Shown here: positions 18,854-29,600 of the stretch, piece by piece
Layout of the letters: each line of letters starts with the position of its first letter
Numbering within the stretch: position 1 is the stretch's first letter
DNA from: Candidatus Poribacteria bacterium
Lineage (GTDB): Bacteria > Poribacteria > WGA-4E > WGA-3G
Assembly: GCA_963665235.2 (NCBI GenBank)
Contig: CAXXLX010000001.1
Coordinates: 352,001-416,000 of the forward strand
Length of the DNA stretch: 64,000 nt
Direction of reading: 5' to 3'
Notes under the pieces: generated by a model
Databases searched by the model: none
Told to the model about the DNA's origin: nothing
What the model saw: only the letters and a program-made list of their open reading frames with translations
Translations under genes and position numbers: made by a program

Positions 18854-20092
18854 GTGAATGCAAAAGTTCAAGAACTGACCTCACTGCTCAATAAACATCA
18901 TCGGTATCGTGAGACGTGCCTCAACCTCATTGCCTCAGAGAATACCCCCTCGCCGTTCGTAGAGGAGCTTTTTGATGAAAAATTGGCGCGCCGATACGGA
19001 AATTATATAGGCATTGACGTTTACGAGCGGCATTACAAAGGCAACCGATACATCGCCGAAATAGAAGCGTCCACGCAAGAATTGGCAAAAGAGCTGTTTA
19101 GCGTGGCACACGTTGATTTCCGCCCGCTCTCCGGCAACATCGCCGGAATTGCAGCCACTTTCGCATTGGCAGAACCGGGGGACACTGCGTTAGAGGTTCA
19201 TAACGGACATAGCTATGCCCGCAAACTTGCCACGTCACCGCTTAAGGTAGACCTACAATCAATCCCGATTCCGTGGGAGGACTCTCGTTCAAACATTGAC
19301 CTGACAGCAACACTCACCCTGATTGAAAGACACAAACCGAAGCTTGTCAATATCGGCTCTGCCATCTTTCTCTTTCCGCAACCTGTTGCCGAGCTGAAAC
19401 GTGTGATGCGTCAAGCGAACCCGGAGTCCTACCTCATCTATGATGCGGCACATGTTATCGGTCTCATCGCTGGGGGCCGGTTTCAATCGCCGCTTGCGGA
19501 GGGCGCGGATATCATCATCTCCAGCACACACAAAACGCTTGCAGGGCCGCAGGGGGGGATAATTTTGACGAACGATACATCTATTGCAGAACGAATTGGT
19601 GGAACGGTTTATCCGCTGCTGATGAGCAATCATCATCTGAGTCGGCTGCCAGCATTGGCTGGAACGTTTATCGAGTGGATGACGCACGGTCCAGCACATG
19701 CAGATGCGATTGTTGCGAACGCGAAGGCATTGGGACAGGCACTATCGGAACGCGGCGTGCCGATGCTCGGTGCCAAATTAGGCTTCACGGAATCGCATAC
19801 GCTTATACTGATTGTGGATGCGTATGGAGAGGGCGGGGAGCTTGCGAATCAATTAGAGGCGTGCCATATTATTGCGGGTGCAGTGCCGCTCTCGGGTGAA
19901 GTCGGCACTGCTGGATTGCGTCTCGGCGTGCAAGAGATAACGCGATATGGGATGACACCGGCGGATGCCCCAGAAATCGCGAGCTGTATCGTCGACGCGC
20001 TCACCGGAAAATCGCCTGAAACCGTCAAACCGGAAGTGGCAAGATTGGCAAAACGTTTCGACAAAGTCCGTTTCACGTTACCTGCAAAGTAG
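18854..20092 (+). CDS. Serine hydroxymethyltransferase-like PLP enzyme (divergent)
   Basis: LNLIASEN, YDAAH, SSTHKTLAGPQGG, GLRLG present; canonical YAEG and GGHLTH motifs absent. Confidence 0.8.
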   Translation: MNAKVQELTSLLNKHHRYRETCLNLIASENTPSPFVEELFDEKLARRYGNYIGIDVYERHYKGNRYIAEIEASTQELAKELFSVAHVDFRPLSGNIAGIAATFALAEPGDTALEVHNGHSYARKLATSPLKVDLQSIPIPWEDSRSNIDLTATLTLIERHKPKLVNIGSAIFLFPQPVAELKRVMRQANPESYLIYDAAHVIGLIAGGRFQSPLAEGADIIISSTHKTLAGPQGGIILTNDTSIAERIGGTVYPLLMSNHHLSRLPALAGTFIEWMTHGPAHADAIVANAKALGQALSERGVPMLGAKLGFTESHTLILIVDAYGEGGELANQLEACHIIAGAVPLSGEVGTAGLRLGVQEITRYGMTPADAPEIASCIVDALTGKSPETVKPEVARLAKRFDKVRFTLPAK

Positions 20093-20213
20093 AATGACGA
20101 TGCGGTTTTAGCCTAATCCGTTTAGACGCTGCCTGCGTTTGTAGCATTTGCCCCAAAAACCTCACGTCATAATTGTAACAGAAAACATCATTTACCAGAT
20201 TACCAATTTTTTC

Positions 20214-20242
20214 TTGACATTCTAAAATTATTGTGGTATAAT
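20214..20242 (+). promoter_or_regulatory. Consensus sigma70 promoter for the Rieske operon
   Basis: TTGACA-17bp-TATAAT with extended -10 TG. Confidence 0.8.
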
Positions 20243-20318
20243 ATTCTATAATTGTTAAATTGTGATTAACATTCGTATTATGTTTTTGCGAACAAATGAT
20301 AGAAAAAGGAGCAAAACT

Positions 20319-22055
20319 ATGGAAAAACAGGAGCCCGGCTGGGTCAAAGTTGCCGAATTAAGTGATGTGCCTGAGGACCAACCGAAGGCAATTGAGATGG
20401 GAGAAGGACGTAGCGTCGCGCTGTTTAACGTTGCGGGTCGGATTTATGCCACCGATAATCAGTGTCCGCACATGGGCTACCCGCTCACGCGAGGCACGGT
20501 TCGCAACGGTATCCTGACGTGTGATTGGCACCGCCGCAGCTTTGATTTAGAGGGGGGTGGCTGTTTCCATGTCGAATGTGATGATTTGCGCGTCTTTCCG
20601 GTGGATATCCGCGGTGAAGAAATATGGATTGAACCGGGCGATATGACATACCGTCGTGCGGAAGAACACAAGCAGCTGCTCCGAGAAGGACTTTTAAGCG
20701 AAGACCGTTGGACAATGTCTAAAGCCATCGCACTTTTGCTTAAAGGCGGTGTCCCTGAATCAGAGGTGATGGGGTCAATTTTGGAACACGTCGCTCGACA
20801 TATTCCCACCGCTCACGGTTCAGAAGGCGGTGGCGATGTCTCCAAACTCATCAACGGCCTCAGAGTCGGACAGAGATATGCGGGTGAAGATAGACTTATC
20901 GCTGTGACAACCGCTGCATGTTCCGCCGCTGGCGAAGCCCATGAACGGCTTGAAGTTGTGCCACTGCCTGAACCCGTTTCATGGGAAAAGATAAGCCGAT
21001 GGGTTCGGATTTTTTCTTACGAGGGACAAGCCGGACGGATTGAACGTTGCTTGTTCACAGCATATCGTAAAGGGGATGCGGATAAATTGTGCCCACTGCT
21101 GTTTGAATGTGCTGTTGAACCGCATTTTATCGACGAACCCCAGATTCCGCTTTATGTCAGCTATCTGTCTGAAGTGGTAGACGAATTCGGGTGGGACCGA
21201 ACCGCAGAGCTGTTCTTCTACCTCGGCGCAGACCTTGTAGGACATCACCCCGATGACCCCGAACGGTACCGTAGGGATGCCATCAACCTCATGAAAGACA
21301 TGCTGCCATCTCTCGACAGTGCCACTTTAGAGCGAACCGATAATTTCAATGAAGATGCTTTTGTCGAAGCCCTCACAAGTGTCAATCTTCAACGCGCTTT
21401 TGCGGTAGTACAGGCAGTCTTGGTTGAGGGTGTCAAATTAGATAGAATAATTACCACACTTGTTCTATTGGCAGCGGATAGAATGGCGAACACCCCCGTT
21501 AGTGTAGATGCAGGGTGGGAAAACTTAACAATGGAGCTCAATTTGGCGGCATCTTTGCGAAGCGCGCAGCAGATTGGGGGTAACCTCGTTGCAGCGAAGG
21601 GGGTTTTCCACGTTGCGTGGCAAATCTTCGCGGACCGCTGGATAAACATCTCCTCACGTCCGCTAAGCGAACCCCTAGGTGAAGAAAAACTATCTGTCGC
21701 GAATGAGGCGGAAGGTATTAAGCACATTATCAGGACGATTGAGACACTCAATGTGCAAAGTGTCGGGAGACAGGTGCTCGGCTATCTAAATGCCGGTTAT
21801 TCTGCTGAACGTTTGCTCGAAGCGATTGGGCATTCAGTGCTATGGGATGATACGGGCAGTGAAATTCTGCCGACATTGCGTACCGTATTTGAGGAGTGGC
21901 AACACGCGGAAGGACATCCCGCACAGCCACAACTGCTCGTCGGATTAGCACGTTACGTTACAGATATCCGCTCGAACACGGATAACAAATCTGCGGCGAC
22001 TACCGCAATGCGTTTCGCCGAAGGTAGAACAACGATTGAAGTTTTTGAGGAGTAA
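20319..22055 (+). CDS. Rieske [2Fe-2S] domain fused to a large helical domain, paralog 1
   Basis: CPH...CDWH; ATG at 20319 follows AAGGAG. Confidence 0.85.
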   Translation: MEKQEPGWVKVAELSDVPEDQPKAIEMGEGRSVALFNVAGRIYATDNQCPHMGYPLTRGTVRNGILTCDWHRRSFDLEGGGCFHVECDDLRVFPVDIRGEEIWIEPGDMTYRRAEEHKQLLREGLLSEDRWTMSKAIALLLKGGVPESEVMGSILEHVARHIPTAHGSEGGGDVSKLINGLRVGQRYAGEDRLIAVTTAACSAAGEAHERLEVVPLPEPVSWEKISRWVRIFSYEGQAGRIERCLFTAYRKGDADKLCPLLFECAVEPHFIDEPQIPLYVSYLSEVVDEFGWDRTAELFFYLGADLVGHHPDDPERYRRDAINLMKDMLPSLDSATLERTDNFNEDAFVEALTSVNLQRAFAVVQAVLVEGVKLDRIITTLVLLAADRMANTPVSVDAGWENLTMELNLAASLRSAQQIGGNLVAAKGVFHVAWQIFADRWINISSRPLSEPLGEEKLSVANEAEGIKHIIRTIETLNVQSVGRQVLGYLNAGYSAERLLEAIGHSVLWDDTGSEILPTLRTVFEEWQHAEGHPAQPQLLVGLARYVTDIRSNTDNKSAATTAMRFAEGRTTIEVFEE

Positions 22056-22061
22056 TCGTTT

Positions 22062-23336
22062 ATGGGTCAGAACGGTTGGCACTTATCACGCGCAGAATTT
22101 ATTGAAGCGGTGAACAGAGGAGACGCAAACCGAGTCAAACGTTCACTGGCAGCGAGTGCTGAACTTTTGGATTACATTGACGAACCGTGGTTCGCCTTTG
22201 ACGCGCCGGCGGTTGTGTTCGCTGCGTCGATGGGCAATCTGCCGCTAGTGGAGGTGCTGCTTTCTGCTGGCGCAGATATTGATGTCAAAAGCTCCTGGTG
22301 GGCAGGGGGCACTTCAGCCCTGCAACATGCAGCAGGTTCAATGCTATCATATAACAAAAAATTAGCCGCCTATCTCATTGAACGGGGCGCGACGGTTGAC
22401 GCACATTCAGCAGCTGGCTTGGATATGGCGGATACGCTTGAGGCGTTGATTCGTGAAAATCCTGCTGTGGTGAACGCCCCCGGATGTGATGGCATGTCCC
22501 CGCTGCATTTCGCAGCGACACCCCATATTGCTGATATGCTCCTCAAACACGGCGCGGACATAAACCTACGCGACCGGGACCATCACGGAACGCCCACGCA
22601 ATGGACACTGAAAAATCGTCCCGAAGTCTGCCGATACCTCATTGAACAAGGGGCAGAAGCGGATATTGTCCTCTATTGTGCAATGGGGGATGTGGCACGG
22701 GCCCAGGCGGAATTTCAAAAAAATCCGGAACTCCTCACGTTGCGGATAAATATGAAATCCCCTGAAGGTTATGTTATCCCATCGTCAAACCCGCCTCGTC
22801 CCGATGATAAGGAGATAGATGAGGTGCCCGGCGGTCATGTCTATATCCACCAAATCGGACCGACCCTGCCGCTGCTTGAGATAGCACTTAAGTTTAAACA
22901 GCCCGCAATCATCGATGTGCTGATTGACGTAGGTTATCAAATCAACTTGCGAGATTGGTATGTGCTCGTTGGGCAGGGACCTAAGCGGTTTGATGCGTTG
23001 GTTAAAAAGTTTATTGCCAAAGGGGTAGACATCAACGCCCTTCAAAGGCATCGGCGCGGCCTATGGACACCGCTCCATTGGGTCGCACAACGCGGATTGA
23101 CGCGCGGGATTGCCTGTTTATTAGAAAACGGTGCCGACCCGAATGTAGTGGACGATAAGGGACAAACCCCCTTACACTTCATCGCGAAGAAGGGGGTCGG
23201 TAAAAACCAAGCACAGTTGTTGATTGAACACGGAGCAAATATCAACGCACAGGATGAAGCTGGACAGACACCGCTCGATTGCGCCAAGAAGGCGAACAAA
23301 AAATCTGTCTTAACGTTCCTTGCAACATTAAAGTAG
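22062..23336 (+). CDS. Ankyrin-repeat protein
   Basis: SPLHFA, TPLHWVA, TPLHFIA, LL..GAD.N repeats. Confidence 0.92.
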   Translation: MGQNGWHLSRAEFIEAVNRGDANRVKRSLAASAELLDYIDEPWFAFDAPAVVFAASMGNLPLVEVLLSAGADIDVKSSWWAGGTSALQHAAGSMLSYNKKLAAYLIERGATVDAHSAAGLDMADTLEALIRENPAVVNAPGCDGMSPLHFAATPHIADMLLKHGADINLRDRDHHGTPTQWTLKNRPEVCRYLIEQGAEADIVLYCAMGDVARAQAEFQKNPELLTLRINMKSPEGYVIPSSNPPRPDDKEIDEVPGGHVYIHQIGPTLPLLEIALKFKQPAIIDVLIDVGYQINLRDWYVLVGQGPKRFDALVKKFIAKGVDINALQRHRRGLWTPLHWVAQRGLTRGIACLLENGADPNVVDDKGQTPLHFIAKKGVGKNQAQLLIEHGANINAQDEAGQTPLDCAKKANKKSVLTFLATLK

Positions 23337-23361
23337 TGGGAAACCCGCTCCGCGGGTTTCC
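23336..23361. repeat. REP-like perfect hairpin between operon genes
   Basis: ggaaacccgc-tcc-gcgggtttcc, preceded by GTGG. Confidence 0.55.
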
Positions 23362-23384
23362 GTAATCAAAAGGAGATACACACA

Positions 23385-25124
23385 GTGTTAGCAGAAAATA
23401 CCAATTTCGTTAAAGTCGCTGCCCGCAGTGAAATAACAGAAGGAAAACCGAGGGCAGTCAGGGTTGAAGGACATAGTATTGCGCTCTTTGAGCATGAGGG
23501 TACTATTTATGCAACAGATAATCAGTGTCCACACATGGGATATCCGCTAATACGCGGGCGTGTCAGAAAGGGAGTCCTATCCTGTGACTGGCACGGCTGG
23601 AGCTACGATATGGAAGGGGGAGGCTGCTTCACCGGCGGGTGTGATGACCTCGCTACATTCCCCGTCGAAGTGCGAAATGGCGATATCTATGTGGATGTGG
23701 AGAAGGGGGGTAAGAAACGGGATGATGCCCATTACCTCTTGCTAAAAGAGGGCCTGTTTTCGCAGGACAGCTGGACGCTCTCTAAAGCGATTGCCATTAT
23801 GTTAGCCAAGGGGGTTTCAGAAGATGAAACGTTGGAGATAATGGTTAAGCACATGGTGAAACATATCACTACAGCACAAGGCGCGAGAAATGGCGGCGGC
23901 CGTATTGCAACGTTGATGCACGGGATTAAGGTCGCACAGATGTACGAAGTGGAAGACCGGCTTATTCCGCTGATGATGGCTGCCACACATGCTGCAGGTG
24001 GACACCATGACCGGCCCGCTCGGCAACCGCTTCCCCCGCCAATTGATTGGGAGAAACTCGAAAACTGGATTAGCGTGTTCTCCGCCGACAAGGAGTGGGA
24101 AGGCATAGAAAAATGTCTTATCACCGCGAGGCAGCTCGGTGGACATGACGATAAAATCATTCCGCTGCTCTTTGAATGTGCCGTCGAATGGTTTTTCCTT
24201 ACATACTCAAGAAATCTCATCGATTTGGCACATCTGGCGGAAGTGCTTGAAAAATGGGGATGGGAAATGATAGGTGAGTTAGTCTGCAACCTCGGCGCAA
24301 AGATTCTTGGGCAGGGGCGCGGTAGACCGGGTGAACTTCACCGAGAAGCTATTCAAAAACTGAAGGACATCGAGCCTATCTTCGATGAACTGCCGCCGGA
24401 GGGTTCCGCTGACTACGACGAAGACAAATTCTCCGCCGCGCTGGTTAGTGGAGACCTCGACGAGGTTTTTGATGCGGTAACGGAAATGCTTACAGCGGGG
24501 GTGCCGATTGACACACTTGCTACAACTATGGTGATGACTGCAGCCGATAGGATGGCACGGACACCGGTGAATATGAGCCCCGGCTGGTGGGATTTACAGG
24601 AAGAGATGGAACTTGCAGCAGCAATACGAAAGGTGCAACGTTTAGCCGGAAGTAAAAAAGTTGCCGCGAAGGCACTTTATCATGCTGCATGGCGATTTTT
24701 CAGCAACCGATGGCTAAATATTCGGCATCAACCGATTAGCGCACCGCGAACGTCTTCGACACCTAAAACCCTATCTGAAGACAAAGCCCTCTCCGACATT
24801 ATAGAGGGAATCGAATCTGTCCGCATTCATGAAATCGGTAGGCGGACCCGTGAATATCTCAACGCGGGATGTTCCGCAGAACGACTAATCGCTGAAATGG
24901 GACAATGTATCCTCAAAGATGATAACGGTGGGGAGCTCCTCAGCACAATTCACATTGTAGATAGAGAGTGGCATTACTGTGAAACCCATCCCGCCAGAAA
25001 TCAACTGATTGTTGGATTGGCACGGTGGGCAACGGATGTTCGCAGGAACGCAGGAAACGATTCCGCTGTGCAAACTGCTCACCGCTTCGCCCGAGGTGAA
25101 ACCGCTACGGAACTCTACGAGTAG
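23385..25124 (+). CDS. Rieske [2Fe-2S] domain fused to a large helical domain, paralog 2
   Basis: Shares YATDNQCPHMGYPL, CDWH, LL.EGL.S.D.WT.SKAIA, AADRMA.TPV, Q.LVGLAR with paralog 1. Confidence 0.85.
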   Translation: MLAENTNFVKVAARSEITEGKPRAVRVEGHSIALFEHEGTIYATDNQCPHMGYPLIRGRVRKGVLSCDWHGWSYDMEGGGCFTGGCDDLATFPVEVRNGDIYVDVEKGGKKRDDAHYLLLKEGLFSQDSWTLSKAIAIMLAKGVSEDETLEIMVKHMVKHITTAQGARNGGGRIATLMHGIKVAQMYEVEDRLIPLMMAATHAAGGHHDRPARQPLPPPIDWEKLENWISVFSADKEWEGIEKCLITARQLGGHDDKIIPLLFECAVEWFFLTYSRNLIDLAHLAEVLEKWGWEMIGELVCNLGAKILGQGRGRPGELHREAIQKLKDIEPIFDELPPEGSADYDEDKFSAALVSGDLDEVFDAVTEMLTAGVPIDTLATTMVMTAADRMARTPVNMSPGWWDLQEEMELAAAIRKVQRLAGSKKVAAKALYHAAWRFFSNRWLNIRHQPISAPRTSSTPKTLSEDKALSDIIEGIESVRIHEIGRRTREYLNAGCSAERLIAEMGQCILKDDNGGELLSTIHIVDREWHYCETHPARNQLIVGLARWATDVRRNAGNDSAVQTAHRFARGETATELYE

Positions 25125-25190
25125 CACAATTAACCATTTTTGTAGGGTAAGGTTGGGATGCCACAATTCAGATTTTAAGGTGGAAAAACG

Positions 25191-25697
25191 ATGAAAACAG
25201 AAACTGAATTTTATACGGACGAGAAGGGACGCACCCGATGGAGCGTCAACGACGACATTGCACAGAAGCTGCTGGAACTCCATACCTTCCTGATTATCGC
25301 AGACTATCCGGAAGACCACGCAGCACGGTACCCACGTTTAGCGCACGCCATCTCCCGATTTCCGGAATCTATGGCGGACTTGGTGGCGCAAGACCGATTG
25401 ATAGAGGAAATTCCGGGGGTCGGTGATATCATCGCTACGATTATCACCGAATTGCTTGAAACCGGCACGTGCACAAAATTGGAGGAGTTCGCAGGGGACA
25501 CACCCCGGACCGTTGTTGAGCTTGTTCCTATCCCTGGGTTCGGGGCTAAAACAATTAAACGTTTGTATGAGGAGACCGGTGTTGACAGTCTCGTTTCCCT
25601 TCGAGAAGCGATTGATGCGGGCAAACTTAAAGGTTTTCGCGGCATCGGTAAGAAAACGTTAGAGAAAATTGAGGGATACCTGACAGCACATATCTGA
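25191..25697 (+). CDS. Stand-alone helix-hairpin-helix protein resembling the DNA polymerase X N-terminus
   Basis: IPGVG, IPGFGAK, FRGIGKK HhH motifs; no catalytic palm or PHP domain. Confidence 0.8.
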   Translation: MKTETEFYTDEKGRTRWSVNDDIAQKLLELHTFLIIADYPEDHAARYPRLAHAISRFPESMADLVAQDRLIEEIPGVGDIIATIITELLETGTCTKLEEFAGDTPRTVVELVPIPGFGAKTIKRLYEETGVDSLVSLREAIDAGKLKGFRGIGKKTLEKIEGYLTAHI

Positions 25698-25713
25698 TAA
25701 AAGGCGGTGTAAA

Positions 25714-26493
25714 ATGAGATTTACAAATATTTTGGTGATTCTGATAGCTCTTTGTATTGTTGACATCTGCATTCACAATAGCTACGCAAAAATTGACACG
25801 GAATCTGTTATAGGGGCCTGGCTCTTCGACCAGGGAAAAGGAGCAGCTGTGAAAGATTCCTCCAGTAACGGGAATGATGGAGAGATTGTTGGCGCAAAGC
25901 GGGTTGAGGGAAAGATAGGCATGGGTATCGAATTTGATGGCAGTAATCATGTCGTCATTCCCGCTAGTGCAACTATTGACGATTACCGCGACGGGTTCAC
26001 CTACCTGCTTTGGGTCAAACCGCTTGGGGTGCCTAGCGGTCCCCATATTCGTCTTATTGAAAGGGATTGGCACAATCCGAATATCCTTATCGGCCCAACC
26101 GATTTTTACGGCAGCTTCGTCGCGGGTGGCAACATAGATAATAGCCAAATCCGAGGCGGAACTTGGAAAATAGAGGAGTGGAGCTTTGTCGCCTTAACCC
26201 ACGACGGCAAGACACTTATGTTGTACGTAAACGGTGAAAGGGTTGCCGAAGTAAAAGTCGGACAACCCGATGAGACGAACAAAAACGAGAACGGCTCTAT
26301 CTGGTTAGCCCGGTGGAAAGGGGACGTGGGGTGGGATTTTATTGGTGTCCTTGACGAAGTTGCTATCTTCAACACCGCACTAACTGAAGATGACCTCAAT
26401 ACGGTTATGGCAGAGGGCCTTCAGGAGGCACTATCTGTTGCGCCGACCGGCAAGCTAACAACCGTCTGGGGCAATATCAAAAGGGATAAGTAG
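25714..26493 (+). CDS. Secreted LamG/concanavalin-like domain protein with conserved C-terminal motif
   Basis: Signal peptide; W.FD.G, WSFVALTHDG, LYVNG, LDEVAIFN; ends SVAPTGKLTTVWGNIKRDK. Confidence 0.9.
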   Translation: MRFTNILVILIALCIVDICIHNSYAKIDTESVIGAWLFDQGKGAAVKDSSSNGNDGEIVGAKRVEGKIGMGIEFDGSNHVVIPASATIDDYRDGFTYLLWVKPLGVPSGPHIRLIERDWHNPNILIGPTDFYGSFVAGGNIDNSQIRGGTWKIEEWSFVALTHDGKTLMLYVNGERVAEVKVGQPDETNKNENGSIWLARWKGDVGWDFIGVLDEVAIFNTALTEDDLNTVMAEGLQEALSVAPTGKLTTVWGNIKRDK

Positions 26494-26513
26494 CTTCAGG
26501 TGGAAACCTATAA

Positions 26514-26599
26514 CTGTTGGCAAGAGGTGTAAAAAAGAGTTCTCTTTCTTATATTTCTTGCTAATTGCTAATCGCCAATCGCTAATCGCCAATGAGCAA
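26514..26599. repeat. Heptamer-armed intergenic repeat element
   Basis: ttggcaagag...tcttgc(taattgc/taatcgc/caatcgc)n between convergent genes. Confidence 0.7.
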
Positions 26600-26630
26600 T
26601 AAATGGTTTCCCTACTACAAGCTGTTTTGG

Positions 26631-29600
26631 TTAGCGCAGAATGGCGAGTTTTCCAACCTTTTGCACGCTACCATCCTCCGTATCGGCGATGACGCGGTAG
26701 AGATAGACCCCGTTAGCGCAGCGCGTCCCTGTCTCATCACGGCAATCCCAGCGGGTTTCGTTGGTGCCCCGATTTGCACTTGCATCTTTAATCGTTCGGA
26801 TGAGCCTACCGTTGACAGTGTAGATTTTGATAGTGACGCTATCGGACATTTGTGCCAGGTGATAGGTGAAGAAGGTGCTACCCGTTTCAACAGGATTTGG
26901 CACGTTGAAGACTTCGCGAAGCGTAACAGCTTCCTGTAACGTGAACGTTGCTGTGACATCCGTTGTGTTTTCGCTTGTATCTGTTGCGGTGACGTGTATC
27001 TGATAGGTGCCGTTTGACAGGTCCGGGGCGAAGTTGATGTTTGCGTTTTGCGGAACGCCTGCTTTGTCGGAAATCAGTTCCCATTTTGCTTCATCAAATT
27101 CGCGATATCGGCGCATATTCTCATCAGCCGCTGTGTTATCCGAAACCCTGTTAAATCTGATGTTCAGGAGCGTGTCGTCAAGTGCGATATCATCTGCAAC
27201 CCGAATCTCACAGCGCGGTTGTTTGGTAATGTGAGTGGCGTTTTCTATAACCCCCATCTCTATTTTGGTGTCATTGACTATAATATCGATGACAGGAGAT
27301 GTGATATCCGGGTTTTGTATGACAGAAAATCGAGTTTTAACGACCTCTGCTTTACCGCCAATAGCATTTCCGTTGAAATCCCGGACCTCAATTTCAAAAA
27401 CGTATTCACCGGGGAAGAAGATGGGTTTATAGTCAATTGGGATAGTGTTAGTATCATCCGTATTCCGGCGAGTGTAATCGGTGACAGGTACGAGCGGGTT
27501 ACCGTTATCGCCTCTCCGGATGGCCAGTGTATCCAGGTCAATTCCATTAGCATCTTGTAGGAGCAGGGAGATGAGGGGCCGTGGCGGAATGACACTGCCA
27601 TCCTGGGGTTGAATGCCATCTACCCAGAGTTTAAAGTCAGGCGGTTCGGTGTCCTCACTATTAATAAGGGTGAACGGAGTCAGTTCTGTTACGTCCGCGC
27701 TAATTGTTGCGACGTTCGCGGTGCTGAATTTCATTTTATCCCCAAAATGGAACGGTTCAGAACCGCCCGTGACGAGTATCTCTAAACCGATGTGGCTGAG
27801 AAAGAGGGGTTTGTTGACCACGCCGACTACTTTGGTATTCGTCACGTTGGGGAGCCGGACCGGTGTACCTGTGTGGTCCCAGATTTCATAATGTTGTTCG
27901 GATGTAAAAAAGAGGAACCAATCTCCAGTCTGGAACGTTTGTTTGAGACCGAGTCGTGCGGTGATGCTGGCTGTGCCGTTGCCTTCGTTTTGATTTCGTA
28001 TTTCAACGAGATAGGCTTTGCCCTCGTCATAGTCTGTTTTAAAGACGAGGATATCCGCAAATTCGAAAGGTCTGCCTTCGGATGGGGTTGAAATTTGCAA
28101 TTCAAGTCCGTAACCTTCTTCTCGGAAGACAGTGTCAAGTTGTCCGATTTCCCCAACTTTGGTTATCGTGTCGATATCGCGTTTTCGTTTGAAGAAAATT
28201 TCGTATCGGGATTCGTCTAAAAAGAGGATGACCCAGGTGGCAGCAGGTGCAAAGCTTGCATCAATTTTTATATGCTCTGTCAGAACTGTTTGTTCGCTAG
28301 CGTTGTCTGCCTGTGTCGGCGTAACGTAGTTGTCGAGCTGGAAGACGGTATTTTCTTCGGATGTCTCGTCCGGTGTGACGTAATGGATGTCGGATGGGAG
28401 CCGTCTCCATTTTTTATAATTTGGCTGCCATGCATAAATTGCAAGTTTTTCTGCTTCGGCAATGAGTGCGTCCTTATACTCTTGACTGCCCTCAGTTGCC
28501 CAAGGCGTTTTTTCTTTTACCGCATCTTCTAACCCGTTAATATCAAATCGCAGTTTAACCCTCGCGGGTTTTTTTAGTGTAGCATTGGCTGTTCGAAATA
28601 TTGCCTCATAGTGTTGGACACCTGGGGCATCTGTGCGCTGGCGGCCGCGCCGTAGTGCAGCGACTCGCGGAATCGGTGCGAATGTGAGCGCAGGCTGTGT
28701 CAGTGGTAAAGGCGCGCTTGTCGAAATAGAGAGCGGCACACGCTGCTGCCCCCCCGTGGCAACAGCTTCCACTGGAAAATGGATATCAAAAACCCTATCG
28801 AGACTTGACGCAGTAAGCGGCTCAGAGGAGGTGTAGTAAAATTCATTGACGACAAAAGAGATGAACTGTTTGTTATCATATTCGCGAGGCTCTGAAATGT
28901 TGCCGCGAATATCATCACTTAGGTCTACATCCGGATCGGCGATTACATAGATTCTATGAGCCCCGGTGGCAAGTGCTTCCTGCAAAACGAGCTCAGCAGT
29001 AGCACTTTGCAGCACAGTGTCCCCTTCAGATTGCCAATCGGATGGGTGAAGCGTGACAGTTCCAATAATGTCCGCGTCTTCATCTATTTGCAGGTCTCCT
29101 TGAAAGTCAGGGTCGCCTTCCGCGAAGACAATTTCAACCTCCGATTTTACTGTTCTGCCCCCGTTGTTAATCAAAAAAGCGACGAGCGCATATTTCTCTG
29201 TCTCCGGATTAAAGATGTAGCGAATAGGGGCACCTTGCGTCGCATCCGTGCGGATAGCGATATTTGGCCCTTCAGGAACATCGACAACGCTCCTTTGATT
29301 TGCTGATGGATATTTAACCTCTAGACCAGTACTGTCGGTTACGCCGATGCGGTACCGAACTTTTCCGCCGCCTTTGGGGAGCGGAATTGGGGTTTGAAGT
29401 TGATACCACTGGCCATTCGGTGGCGTAGGCAGAAGTTCCTGATTGCGCGAAGGTGCCGTAGTTTTTACCATGGCATACGTCTGTGCATCAAGTTGGACAG
29501 TACTATCCCAAACGACCTCTATATTACGGATGCCTTGTGCAGCGCCGAGGTCGTCTAGTACAAGGGCTGTGATATTCAATGTATCGGTTTTTGTTACATC

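Noticed and set aside
15264-26493. Prophage or integrative island
   Set aside because: No integrase, phage structural genes or att-like flanking repeats were seen.
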